The notes under the pieces were generated by a model that was not told the DNA's origin, ran no database searches, and worked only from the letters and a program-made list of their open reading frames with translations. Below are positions 35,776 to 45,039 of a stretch of DNA of 64,000 nucleotides, piece by piece (position 1 is the stretch's first letter; every line of letters starts with the position of its first letter). The stretch comes from an uncultured Marinilabiliaceae bacterium (GTDB lineage Bacteria > Bacteroidota > Bacteroidia > Bacteroidales > VadinHA17): positions 677,554 through 741,553 of the forward strand of contig CALOFK010000003.1 in the NCBI GenBank assembly GCA_942492595.1, in the 5' to 3' direction. Position numbers and translations under genes: made by a program.

Positions 35776-37002
35776 ATGGCAAAAGGAAAAGAAAATACTC
35801 CTCATATCGGAATTTATGGCAGAAGAAATCTTGGCAAAAGCAGCCTGATTAATGTGCTGGCCGGTCAGGATATTGCAATAGTGTCAGATCATGCCGGCAC
35901 AACAACCGATCCGGTAAAAAAAACATTTGAGATTAGCGGCTTCGGACCTGTAGTTTTTATTGATACGGCAGGAATTGATGATTCGGGTGAGCTGGGTGAC
36001 AAAAGGGTAGATCGGTCTATTAATACAATCGAAACCATAGACCTGGCAATTCTGGTAGTAGGAGAGGAAAAATGGAACATCTTTGAGGCCACTATCCTGA
36101 ATAGATTTATTGAGCGCGATATTCCTTATATCGTTATTTATAATAAAACTGACCTTGGCAGTCCATCCGAAAAATTCATCCAGGATATAAAACAAAAGAC
36201 CGGAAAAGATGTACTTCTCTTTTCCACTATCAACAATAACGGCTACGAAAGCCTGATAAAGCAAATTAAAGAATCTATTCCGGAAAGCACCCTCAGGATA
36301 CCTAGTCTGCTGGGTGATATTATCTCAGAGGGCGACCTTGTACTTCTTATTACACCTATCGACGTCGAAGCCCCGGAGGGAAGATTAATACTCCCGCAGG
36401 TTCAAACAATAAGAGATATTCTTGATAATGATGCTATTTCAATAGTTCTTAAAGAACGCGAGGTGGATACCTTCCTTAGCAGAACAGCTATTCTTCCAGC
36501 ACTCGCAATTACAGATTCACAGATATTTGTTAAGGCAGATTCATCAATACCTCCGGAAGTACCATTAACCAGCTTTAGTATAGCACTGGCAAGATATAAG
36601 GGCGATTTTGACTCCTACCTCAAGGGTACTCCAAAAATAGCCGATCTGAAAGATGGCGACCGGGTATTAATCCTTGAATCCTGCACCCATCATGTTTCAT
36701 GCGACGATATCGGAAGGGTGAAAATACCAAGGTGGCTGATAAACTATACAGGTAAAGACCTTTTATTCGACGTGGTAGCAGGACTGGATAAAATAGAAAA
36801 AGATATCAGGGATTATTCTCTCGTTATACAATGTGGGGGCTGTATGATTACCCGCCGGCAACTTCATAACAGGCTTCAGCCAGCAATAAAGGCGGGAGTG
36901 CCTGTAACTAACTACGGAATGGCAATAGCCTATATCCAGGGTATTTACTCACGTGCTATAGCACCTTTTACTAAAGGATCTGAGGGCGAAAACTACCTGT
37001 AA
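35776..37002 (+). CDS. hydF: [FeFe]-hydrogenase H-cluster maturation GTPase HydF
   Basis: It has the GTPase N-terminus GIYGRRNLGKSSLINVLAGQDIAIVSDHAGTTTDPV, DTAG and NKTD. The C-terminal FeS motif is CTHH-x45-CGGCM. Confidence 0.88.
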   Translation: MAKGKENTPHIGIYGRRNLGKSSLINVLAGQDIAIVSDHAGTTTDPVKKTFEISGFGPVVFIDTAGIDDSGELGDKRVDRSINTIETIDLAILVVGEEKWNIFEATILNRFIERDIPYIVIYNKTDLGSPSEKFIQDIKQKTGKDVLLFSTINNNGYESLIKQIKESIPESTLRIPSLLGDIISEGDLVLLITPIDVEAPEGRLILPQVQTIRDILDNDAISIVLKEREVDTFLSRTAILPALAITDSQIFVKADSSIPPEVPLTSFSIALARYKGDFDSYLKGTPKIADLKDGDRVLILESCTHHVSCDDIGRVKIPRWLINYTGKDLLFDVVAGLDKIEKDIRDYSLVIQCGGCMITRRQLHNRLQPAIKAGVPVTNYGMAIAYIQGIYSRAIAPFTKGSEGENYL

Positions 37003-37004
37003 AT

Positions 37005-39941
37005 CTAAAATCTGAAATATATAAAGGGCTGAATATCTGTCAATTGTATATTGTATAAAGCTATGGCTACAATATAAACCAGCAGAACCTGTAGTAGCAG
37101 GGGCATTCTAATAAATAAGCCACGATATGCTTCTTTTACTCTTACCGGAAGGAAATGAATGATATATGCAGCGATCATAACCGTAAGTACCTTTGCATAT
37201 GAAACAAGCATAAGAAGAATATTTCCAGGACTAAAACCTGTAATGATCCTATCTAAAATAATTCTGACAGTTTCCATATTTTCTGCCCTGAAAAAGATCC
37301 AGCAGAAAGAAACAAAATTGAAAGTAATAAATATTGAAATTATACGTGCCAGCCTGCTACTTTTTTCATCAGAATTAGTTATCCTCATCCATAATTTATG
37401 AATTACCAGACCTGCACCATGCAAACCACCCCAGATTATAAACCTGAAAGCAGCGCCATGCCACAGACCTCCAAGCAACATGGTAATAAGAAGGTTTATG
37501 TTTGTTCTTAGCCTTCCCTTCCTGTTCCCACCAAGGGATATATAGAGGTAATCCTTAAGCCACCTCGACAAAGATATGTGCCATCTTCTCCAGAAATCAG
37601 TAATATTTCTTGCTTTATAAGGTGAGTTGAAATTAAGTGGTAGCCTGAAGCCAAGCATCAGGGCTATACCTATAGCTATATCTGTATATCCTGAAAAATC
37701 GCAGTAGATCTGAAGTCCGTAGCCATAAACAGCCAGAAGATTCTCAAGACCTGAGAAGGATGCTGGTGAAGCAAATACATTATCCACAAAGTTTACAGCA
37801 ATATAGTCTGATACAACAATCTTTTTAACCAGTCCTGCTACAATAAGAAGCAGGGCATGACTCCACTCCCTTTTTGAGAGTGAAAAATTCTGGTATAGCT
37901 GTGGAATAAATTCTGAGGCTCTTACTATAGGTCCTGCAACGAGCTGTGGAAAGAAGGAAACATAAAATCCAAAATCGAGGATATTTTTTACGGGTTTTGT
38001 TCTATTTCTGTATACATCGATAGTATAACTGATTGTCTGGAAAGTAAAAAATGAAATACCAACAGGAAGAACTATTGAATTTATATTAAACCCGGTTCCG
38101 ATATAATTATTAGACAATACTGCAAGCCAGTCCAGCTGAGGTATATCTGTACCAAATATTGTATTTACTGCCCCTGTAAAGAAAGCTGTATATTTAAAGT
38201 ATGCGAGCATGCCAAGGTTTACAAAAAGGCTAAAAACAAGCCAGGCAGTTTTTTTATACTTCTTATTAGAGAGATATATCATCCATCCCGCAGCATAATC
38301 TGTTATTGTTGATATAAGAAGAAGGGAAAAGAATATTCCTCCTGATTTATAGTAAAATAAGAGACTAAACAAAAACAGGTAGGCATTCCGAATTAAGGGT
38401 TTATTAAAAATAAGACTATAGATACATAAGAGTGCCAGCATAAAGATCCAGAAAGCTGTCATGGTAAACATAAGTGGCTTATCTTTATCATAATTGCTTA
38501 ATACACTAAGTGGACCGTAATTCTTTTCCACTATAAGTGTATCAACACTTACAGTAATTATTGTATCGAAACTGCTTGAATCTGGTTCTGGAGGGCTTTT
38601 AGTCATTGCTGCATACAGTAAGGCAGCAATTTGATGCCCCCCTTCATATGAGATATGCGTATAATCGTTTGATGCAAGTGGAGGATCATTTTTTCTCCAT
38701 TCAACAATTGCATCCTTACCGCCCATCTGCGTCCATGAATCCCAGAAAAGCACTTCACTTCTTAAGGCGGCTCTTCTCTGTGCTTCAACGATAAGTGGGA
38801 TATTGGGATATGAATGAATGCCAGACTCATCTTCCCTGGCCATATCCGTTACGCCAATCAATAGTATCCTGCAGCCTGGATATATTTTTTTCAGATATTC
38901 TATCTGCCTGAAAATATTTTCCTCGTAGTAGGTATAATCGTCCTTAATATTCAGAACGACATTTAAACCAAAATGAAGAATAATCAGATCAGGATCGAGA
39001 AGTCGATAAGATTCTCTCAGGTTCTCCTTTCCTACCCTGGTAAACTCCATGCCTGCACTTCCCCTGAGGGCTATATTGTCGATAACAAGTCCGCTATCGC
39101 TCTCAATGCTAAGCCCATATAAATCAGGGCTGCTTATCCCTCTAAAGTCTATCTCAATACTGCCTGGAGAAGCCAGGTCGCAACGAAACTCAGAAATATT
39201 CTCTGTAGGCAAGAGCCACCCACTATAAATAATCTTTCTGTCATTCTTAATATTTATACTAAGAGAGTCTTTTAGGCTGCCATAAAAAATCCTTAAGACC
39301 TTGTATTCCTTAGCATAGTTATCGGCAGTAGTTGAGGGCCTTATTTTAATCCAGGCAGCACTTGTATCATTTCCTTCGGTACTGAAACGACTGAAGTTCA
39401 AAAGCGGACCCAGGTCCGGGCGGCTTATACCATTCTGCTTTAAGGCCCGATAATCATATCTAAACCAGTTAGAAGAAGACCTTATATAGGCTGTTCTTGT
39501 ATAGGGAACAAGCATGTCAGGCAGTAACATACCGGGGCCAGATCCACCTAAGTCATCCCTCAGTATTTTCCTCAGGTAATCGGTTATCCTGTCGCCCTCC
39601 ATCTGAGAATCGCCATAATACATTATCCTTAGCTGTTTCTCGCCAGATGCTAATGAGTCGATTAAAGAAAGAAATACATCAGATAATCCGGGATCTTCGA
39701 TTACATTTAATGTACTGATATTAATGGTATCACCAATATGAGGGCTTTTAACAAAAAGCGTATCATAAATAAGTTCAAAGTCTTCTTCAGGGTAAGACAG
39801 AGGAAGTAAGAGATCGTTTACCTGTGGAAGCTTTATCGAAAGAGAATCTCCAGGATGAATTCTCTCATACTGAAAAAGTGATGGCCCGTATAGCAAAACC
39901 ATTAAGACCAGGAGGATAAGAAGGGTCTTGTAAGGCTTCAT
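37005..39941 (-). CDS. Fusion protein: N-terminal membrane-anchored SGNH/GDSL-type domain + C-terminal MBOAT (AlgI/PatA/DltB-like) O-acyltransferase
   Basis: 978 aa. It has a TM anchor, then YYGDSQMEGD (block I Ser) and NDYTHIS (DxxH block V). From ~aa 490 there are multi-TM MBOAT hallmarks: FWRRWHISLSRWLKDYLYISLGGNRKG and GLWHGAAF. Confidence 0.85.
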   Translation of the reverse strand: MKPYKTLLILLVLMVLLYGPSLFQYERIHPGDSLSIKLPQVNDLLLPLSYPEEDFELIYDTLFVKSPHIGDTINISTLNVIEDPGLSDVFLSLIDSLASGEKQLRIMYYGDSQMEGDRITDYLRKILRDDLGGSGPGMLLPDMLVPYTRTAYIRSSSNWFRYDYRALKQNGISRPDLGPLLNFSRFSTEGNDTSAAWIKIRPSTTADNYAKEYKVLRIFYGSLKDSLSINIKNDRKIIYSGWLLPTENISEFRCDLASPGSIEIDFRGISSPDLYGLSIESDSGLVIDNIALRGSAGMEFTRVGKENLRESYRLLDPDLIILHFGLNVVLNIKDDYTYYEENIFRQIEYLKKIYPGCRILLIGVTDMAREDESGIHSYPNIPLIVEAQRRAALRSEVLFWDSWTQMGGKDAIVEWRKNDPPLASNDYTHISYEGGHQIAALLYAAMTKSPPEPDSSSFDTIITVSVDTLIVEKNYGPLSVLSNYDKDKPLMFTMTAFWIFMLALLCIYSLIFNKPLIRNAYLFLFSLLFYYKSGGIFFSLLLISTITDYAAGWMIYLSNKKYKKTAWLVFSLFVNLGMLAYFKYTAFFTGAVNTIFGTDIPQLDWLAVLSNNYIGTGFNINSIVLPVGISFFTFQTISYTIDVYRNRTKPVKNILDFGFYVSFFPQLVAGPIVRASEFIPQLYQNFSLSKREWSHALLLIVAGLVKKIVVSDYIAVNFVDNVFASPASFSGLENLLAVYGYGLQIYCDFSGYTDIAIGIALMLGFRLPLNFNSPYKARNITDFWRRWHISLSRWLKDYLYISLGGNRKGRLRTNINLLITMLLGGLWHGAAFRFIIWGGLHGAGLVIHKLWMRITNSDEKSSRLARIISIFITFNFVSFCWIFFRAENMETVRIILDRIITGFSPGNILLMLVSYAKVLTVMIAAYIIHFLPVRVKEAYRGLFIRMPLLLQVLLVYIVAIALYNIQLTDIQPFIYFRF

Positions 39942-39972
39942 TCTTTAGTCCCGATAATTTTCGGTTTTCAAG

Positions 39973-41508
39973 TTAACTCTTTCTTTTAATCTTTATTTTT
40001 TGTCCCACTGCAAGATTCCCTGAGCTGCTCATACCATTTAAGGACAAAATTTCAGACACAGATACACCATCATACTTTTTAGCTATATCCCACACAGTAT
40101 CACCACTTCTTACGGTATGATAAATATAATCACCATTCTGTGGCACATTTGTCTGCGTTATTTCTGCACTGGCCGTAACCTTCTTGCCTATTCTGCTTTG
40201 TTTTTCTTCAAAGCTTAAAGAATTTACTGCTTCGTAATAGTCCTTTCTGGACGGGTCTACAAAGATTGTTATCTTCTGCCCTATTCTTATTGTATTACGA
40301 TATATATTGTTCCAGTAGCGAATATTTGAAAGGCCCACATTATACCAGCTAGCAATATAGCCAAGGTTATCTCCTTCCTTAACAGTATAAGTAAGTTTAG
40401 CCTTACCTTTTATATCAGGAGGAATATAGGTCGATCTGGTCGGACTTGCAGTTTGTGTCTGAGGTTTCAGAAAATGATCAGCCCTGTATAAAGCAATACT
40501 GTCCTGCATTGTAATAAACTCACCCGTTTTGATCAGCGGAAGCGTAAGAGGCATGGCTTTGCCTGAGCCAGGAATCAGTCCTGCCCTGTATTGTGGATTT
40601 AGAGTCTTTAATTCGGCATAAGGAATAGACAGTACTTCAGAAACTTGCTGAAGGTGAATATCACTTGTCACCATAATTGTATCTGTAACCACAGGAAAGG
40701 TAACCTTAATTGCTTCAATATTATGTTCTTTATAATATGTCATGGCATATGTTGCCGCAATATATCCTGGCAAATAACCCCTTGTTTCTCGCGGAAGCCG
40801 GTAGTAGATCTCCCAGTAATCCTTCCTGTTTCCGGATCGCCTGATTGCCTTATTAACATTTCCAGGACCGCAATTATATGCTGCGATTACCAGTCCCCAG
40901 TCCTTATACACCCTGTATAGATCCTTAATATACCTTGCTGCAGCGTGAGTAGCCAATACAGGATCACGCCTTTCGTCAATAACAGAATTAATTGTTAGTC
41001 CGTATTGCTTACCAGTACTATACATAAATTGCCACATTCCTGTTGCACCGACTCTCGATACGGCATTTGGGTTTAAAGCAGATTCTATAACTGCCATATA
41101 TTTAAGCTCTGTCGGGAGTCCATAAGAGTCGAATATATCTTCTATCATAGGAAAATAATATTCTCTCATCCCAAGCATTATTTCAAACCTATCTCTCTTA
41201 TTGCCAGTATATACATGGATATGATTTCTTACTATTGAATTATAAGGCAGGTTAACAAGCGATGGAATTGCTTTAAGTCTTTCCCTGTAAACAGAATCCG
41301 GAAATTCAACAAGTGGTGGGGCATCGTATGCTGTTGACTGATTCTGTTCCACAAGTTTCGATATATACCATATATTAACAAGACTGTCCAGGTTAAGTGA
41401 AATAATTTCCTGGCTATTATCATTCTTAATAATAATTGTATCGTTTACTGCCCCGGCCATCAAAGGAAACAGGCTGAGCACAAAAATAAATATCCAATGT
41501 TTCTTCAT
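39973..41508 (-). CDS. Lytic murein transglycosylase (MltD-like SLT domain) with C-terminal LysM repeats
   Basis: It has the SLT motif ESALNPNAVSRVGATGMWQFM...AYNCGPGNV. LysM segments are YTVKEGDNLGYIASWYNV... and HTVRSGDTVWDIAKKYDGVSVSEILSLNG. Confidence 0.9.
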   Translation of the reverse strand: MKKHWIFIFVLSLFPLMAGAVNDTIIIKNDNSQEIISLNLDSLVNIWYISKLVEQNQSTAYDAPPLVEFPDSVYRERLKAIPSLVNLPYNSIVRNHIHVYTGNKRDRFEIMLGMREYYFPMIEDIFDSYGLPTELKYMAVIESALNPNAVSRVGATGMWQFMYSTGKQYGLTINSVIDERRDPVLATHAAARYIKDLYRVYKDWGLVIAAYNCGPGNVNKAIRRSGNRKDYWEIYYRLPRETRGYLPGYIAATYAMTYYKEHNIEAIKVTFPVVTDTIMVTSDIHLQQVSEVLSIPYAELKTLNPQYRAGLIPGSGKAMPLTLPLIKTGEFITMQDSIALYRADHFLKPQTQTASPTRSTYIPPDIKGKAKLTYTVKEGDNLGYIASWYNVGLSNIRYWNNIYRNTIRIGQKITIFVDPSRKDYYEAVNSLSFEEKQSRIGKKVTASAEITQTNVPQNGDYIYHTVRSGDTVWDIAKKYDGVSVSEILSLNGMSSSGNLAVGQKIKIKRKS

Positions 41509-41517
41509 AATAATCTT

Positions 41518-42153
41518 CTAAAATGTTATTCGTACACCCAGTCCTACAGAATTGCCATAGGCAGTTGGAATAGGAGTTGGTTCAACAACAATACTTAAAT
41601 CTTCGCCTACATCATAATCATAGAGGTTTGCATCCACATTGGCATCCAGAATAGTTATCAGGTACCATACTGCTACCCCTATATAGCTCAAATCCCTGTA
41701 CCTTCTGTAATAGTCAACTCCATTCAGTAACTGGTCTTTTACCCATGACTCTGTTGCCGCACTAAAGCTATCTGAACCAAGAGCCCTGTCGAACTCCTCC
41801 GGATCAACCCCAAACTCAACAAAAGAGTAACTATTTGTCTCTACTACTAAATCAGTTACATCCCTGTAGGCATCCAGGAATTTGGTATGATTGGCACTAT
41901 TAAAAACTATACTATAGCCAAGCGCTCCAAATCCTGCATATACTACGGGTATTTTCCAGTATTTACGGTTATAAATCTGTCCGAGGCCTGGGAATGCTGC
42001 AGCAAGCATAGTAGCTTTAACGGGCAAAACCACTCTCTCCGGTCTCGCTTTCTCAACAGCGAGAGAATCAGTCTGCCCTGACAAATCCTGAATATTAGAA
42101 ATAAACAACAGGATCAATAATAATATTGTTAGCTTATTGAGTTTCAATTGCAT
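41518..42153 (-). CDS. DUF5683-family protein (conserved downstream of parB in Bacteroidota)
   Basis: It has a signal peptide followed by PGLGQIYNRKYWKIPVVYAGFG. Synteny is parA-parB-DUF5683-LT. The ATG is at 42153. Confidence 0.75.
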   Translation of the reverse strand: MQLKLNKLTILLLILLFISNIQDLSGQTDSLAVEKARPERVVLPVKATMLAAAFPGLGQIYNRKYWKIPVVYAGFGALGYSIVFNSANHTKFLDAYRDVTDLVVETNSYSFVEFGVDPEEFDRALGSDSFSAATESWVKDQLLNGVDYYRRYRDLSYIGVAVWYLITILDANVDANLYDYDVGEDLSIVVEPTPIPTAYGNSVGLGVRITF

Positions 42154-42200
42154 CAAACCCGGCTCTTATACCGGAATATTACCGGGTAAAGATAAATAAA

Positions 42201-43082
42201 TTAGGAGTTAAGTTTATCCAACAGCGCCAAAATACGTTCCATATCATCAGAATCTTCAAAAGGAATAACGATTTTGCCCTTTCCTTTATTGTTGATTCTA
42301 AAAACTACTTCGCTGCTAAATACTTTTGATAGGTGACCCGACAGTTCTTCAAAATCCTGATTAAGCTGCTTCTTTTTAGTTGCTTTTGCAGGATCCTTTA
42401 GTTTTTCTACCTGCATCTGTCTTACCAGTTCTTCAGTCTTTCTAACAGACAATTCTTCTTCTAGCACCTGGTAATAAACTTTAATCTGCTGATCTATATC
42501 TTTAATATTTATAAGGGTCCGTGCATGACCCATGGTAAGTTGATTATCTCTTATCCCTAGCTGTATTTCGGCCGGAAGCTTAAGTAACCTGAGGTAGTTA
42601 GCTACCGTGGATCTTTGTTTTCCCACCCTGTCGCTCAGCTGCTCCTGTGTAAGCTGACACTCATCTATTAATCTCTGGTAACTAATTGCAACCTCAATTG
42701 CATCGAGATCTTCTCGCTGTATATTTTCAACAAGGGCAAGCTCGAGCATCGACTGGTCGTCGGCTGTTCTGATATAGGCCGGGACAGTCTTTAAGCCTGC
42801 TATCTTAGCAGCTCTCAATCTTCTCTCACCGGCAATCAGCTGGTATGTGCCATCTCCTTTCTCCCTTACAGTAAGAGGCTGCACTATCCCCAGTTGTTTT
42901 ATTGATGAAGCCAGTTCATTCAGGGCGTCTTCTTTAAAGCGAGTACGAGGCTGAAAGGGATTATATTCAATTGCAGAAATATCAATTTCCAGGTTTGCCT
43001 CTACTTTTTTCTCCAGGACTTCTTTCTCGACACCATCAATCAGTGCTCCCAGTCCTCTTCCCAATGCCTTCTTTTGTGCCAT
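42201..43082 (-). CDS. parB: Chromosome partitioning protein ParB/Spo0J
   Basis: It has LGRGLGALI, the ParB box QLIAGERRLRAAKIAG and the HTH SDRVGKQRSTVANYLRLLKL. Confidence 0.95.
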   Translation of the reverse strand: MAQKKALGRGLGALIDGVEKEVLEKKVEANLEIDISAIEYNPFQPRTRFKEDALNELASSIKQLGIVQPLTVREKGDGTYQLIAGERRLRAAKIAGLKTVPAYIRTADDQSMLELALVENIQREDLDAIEVAISYQRLIDECQLTQEQLSDRVGKQRSTVANYLRLLKLPAEIQLGIRDNQLTMGHARTLINIKDIDQQIKVYYQVLEEELSVRKTEELVRQMQVEKLKDPAKATKKKQLNQDFEELSGHLSKVFSSEVVFRINNKGKGKIVIPFEDSDDMERILALLDKLNS

Positions 43083-43117
43083 ATAGTCTAATGGTTTAAG
43101 AGTTTATTCTAAATGAT

Positions 43118-43891
43118 TCAGCCTTCACCGTCAAGTTTGCCGATAAGTTCTCTGGCAAGATTAAGGTAGTTAACCGCTCCCCGCGATTCGGCGTCATATA
43201 ATAGCGCTGGCTGTCCGAAACTGGGAGCCTCGCTCAGCTTAATATTCCTCTGTATAATTGTTTCGAATACCATTTGTTGGAAATGTTTTCTTACCTCATC
43301 TACAACCTGGTTCGACAACCTCAGCCTCGAATCGTACATGGTAAGCAAGAATCCTTCTATCTCCAGTTCCTTATTCAGATTACTCTGTATAATTTTAATG
43401 GTATTTAATAACTTACCCAGTCCCTCCAGGGCAAAATATTCGCACTGAACAGGAACAATAACAGAATCTGAAGCCGTAAGTGCATTCACTGTGAGAAGCC
43501 CTAATGAAGGAGAACAATCTATCAGCATATAATCATATTCGCCTTTTACCTTGGCAAGGACCTGTTTTAATATGCTCTCTCTGCTTTCCATATTCAGCAT
43601 CTCAATTTCTGCTCCAACCAGATCAATATTTGAAGGGATCAGATCCAGATTGTCAATCTCGCAACTAACAATGGCTTTATTGGGATCAGCTCCATCTATC
43701 AGGCAATCGTAAATAGTTGTATTTACCTTCCTGACATCAACACCCAGTCCTGACCCTGCATTTGCCTGAGGATCAGAATCAACAACCAGCACTTTCTTAT
43801 CGAGAGCAGCAAGGCTCGCAGCCAGATTAATTGCTGTTGTCGTTTTACCTACTCCACCCTTCTGATTCGCCAATGATATAATTCTTGCCAT
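43118..43891 (-). CDS. parA: Chromosome partitioning ATPase ParA/Soj
   Basis: It has the deviant Walker A NQKGGVGKTTTAINLA and an LVVDSDPQ pattern. Length is 257 aa. Confidence 0.95.
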   Translation of the reverse strand: MARIISLANQKGGVGKTTTAINLAASLAALDKKVLVVDSDPQANAGSGLGVDVRKVNTTIYDCLIDGADPNKAIVSCEIDNLDLIPSNIDLVGAEIEMLNMESRESILKQVLAKVKGEYDYMLIDCSPSLGLLTVNALTASDSVIVPVQCEYFALEGLGKLLNTIKIIQSNLNKELEIEGFLLTMYDSRLRLSNQVVDEVRKHFQQMVFETIIQRNIKLSEAPSFGQPALLYDAESRGAVNYLNLARELIGKLDGEG

Positions 43892-44093
43892 CTAAAATTT
43901 ATTTGAGTTTTCCCTTTATCGAGAGCTTCAAATTTAATATATATGACAGGGATCATTCTTTGAGGGCAATGGTAATTGTAAACAATTTTTTCGTGGTTTT
44001 CAACATTTTATTAACACCCTGATATAAGTATATTAGCATCACTTTTCCATTTCTATTAAAAATAACCATCTTTAGAAATTCAAATTTTAAAGG

Positions 44094-45038
44094 ATGGAGA
44101 AAAATAATGATAATAGAAAATGGCTTGTTATAGTAAATCCAAATGCAGGCAATAAAAAAGGAAGACGTGACTGGGAAGATATATCGAAGCTTCTGGATGC
44201 CAGTGGATTTAACTATGAAGTAAGGTTTACCGAAAGGAGATATCATGCAACAGAGCTTACGGACGAAGGCATCTCTTCGGGGTACCGGAAGATAATTATC
44301 ATAGGTGGTGATGGTACCATGAACGAAGTTGTAAACGGCATTTTCAGGCAGAATTCTTGCCCCAGTGTTGAGCTTATACTAGGAATGATTACAGTAGGTA
44401 CCGGCAATGACTGGGGTAAAATGTATAATATCCCGCAGGATTATAAAAAAGCAATAGATGCAATTAAGGAAGGAAAGACAAGGCTTCAGGATGTTGGCAG
44501 GGTAGTTTATTCTATAAACGGAAGCACTGAACAGAGGTATTTTGCTAATATAGCCGGATTGGGCTTTGATGCTTCAGTTGTTGACCGAACCAATTATCAA
44601 AAATCAAGAGGTAAATCAGGCAAAACAAGCTATTACTCTGCCCTGCTAAAGAGTCTTGGCACTTACAAAAGTACAAATACAAGGGTCAAGGTAAATGATA
44701 AGAGTACGGAAAATGATACTTTCTCAATAAGTATTGGAATCGGTAAATTTTCAGGGGGTGGTATGATGCAAACTCCTGAAGCATTAATCGATGACGGGCT
44801 TTTCGATGTAACGGTGATTAAAAGCATGACAAAAATTGAGATTATAAGGAGTCTTAAAAAGTTATACGACGGATCCATTCTTGATCATCCTAAAATAATA
44901 TCACTTAGAGGAGAAAAAATCAGGATTGAATCTGATCCTGAAATTAATCTTGAAGTAGACGGCGAATCACTTGGTAATAGCCCGATCGACTTTGATATTA
45001 TCCCGAAAAGCCTCTGTGCAATATATGCAAGCACATAA
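44094..45038 (+). CDS. Diacylglycerol kinase-family lipid kinase (YegS/BmrU-like)
   Basis: It has the DAGK catalytic motif IIIIGGDGTMNEVVNG and GTGNDW. Length is 314 aa. Confidence 0.88.
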   Translation: MEKNNDNRKWLVIVNPNAGNKKGRRDWEDISKLLDASGFNYEVRFTERRYHATELTDEGISSGYRKIIIIGGDGTMNEVVNGIFRQNSCPSVELILGMITVGTGNDWGKMYNIPQDYKKAIDAIKEGKTRLQDVGRVVYSINGSTEQRYFANIAGLGFDASVVDRTNYQKSRGKSGKTSYYSALLKSLGTYKSTNTRVKVNDKSTENDTFSISIGIGKFSGGGMMQTPEALIDDGLFDVTVIKSMTKIEIIRSLKKLYDGSILDHPKIISLRGEKIRIESDPEINLEVDGESLGNSPIDFDIIPKSLCAIYAST

Positions 45039-45039
45039 G

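Noticed and set aside
43892-44093. Possible oriC or parS near parA-parB
   Set aside because: The spacer is AT-rich, but I found no cluster of TTATCCACA-type DnaA boxes. I also found no TGTTNCACGTGAAACA-type parS sequence here or within parB.
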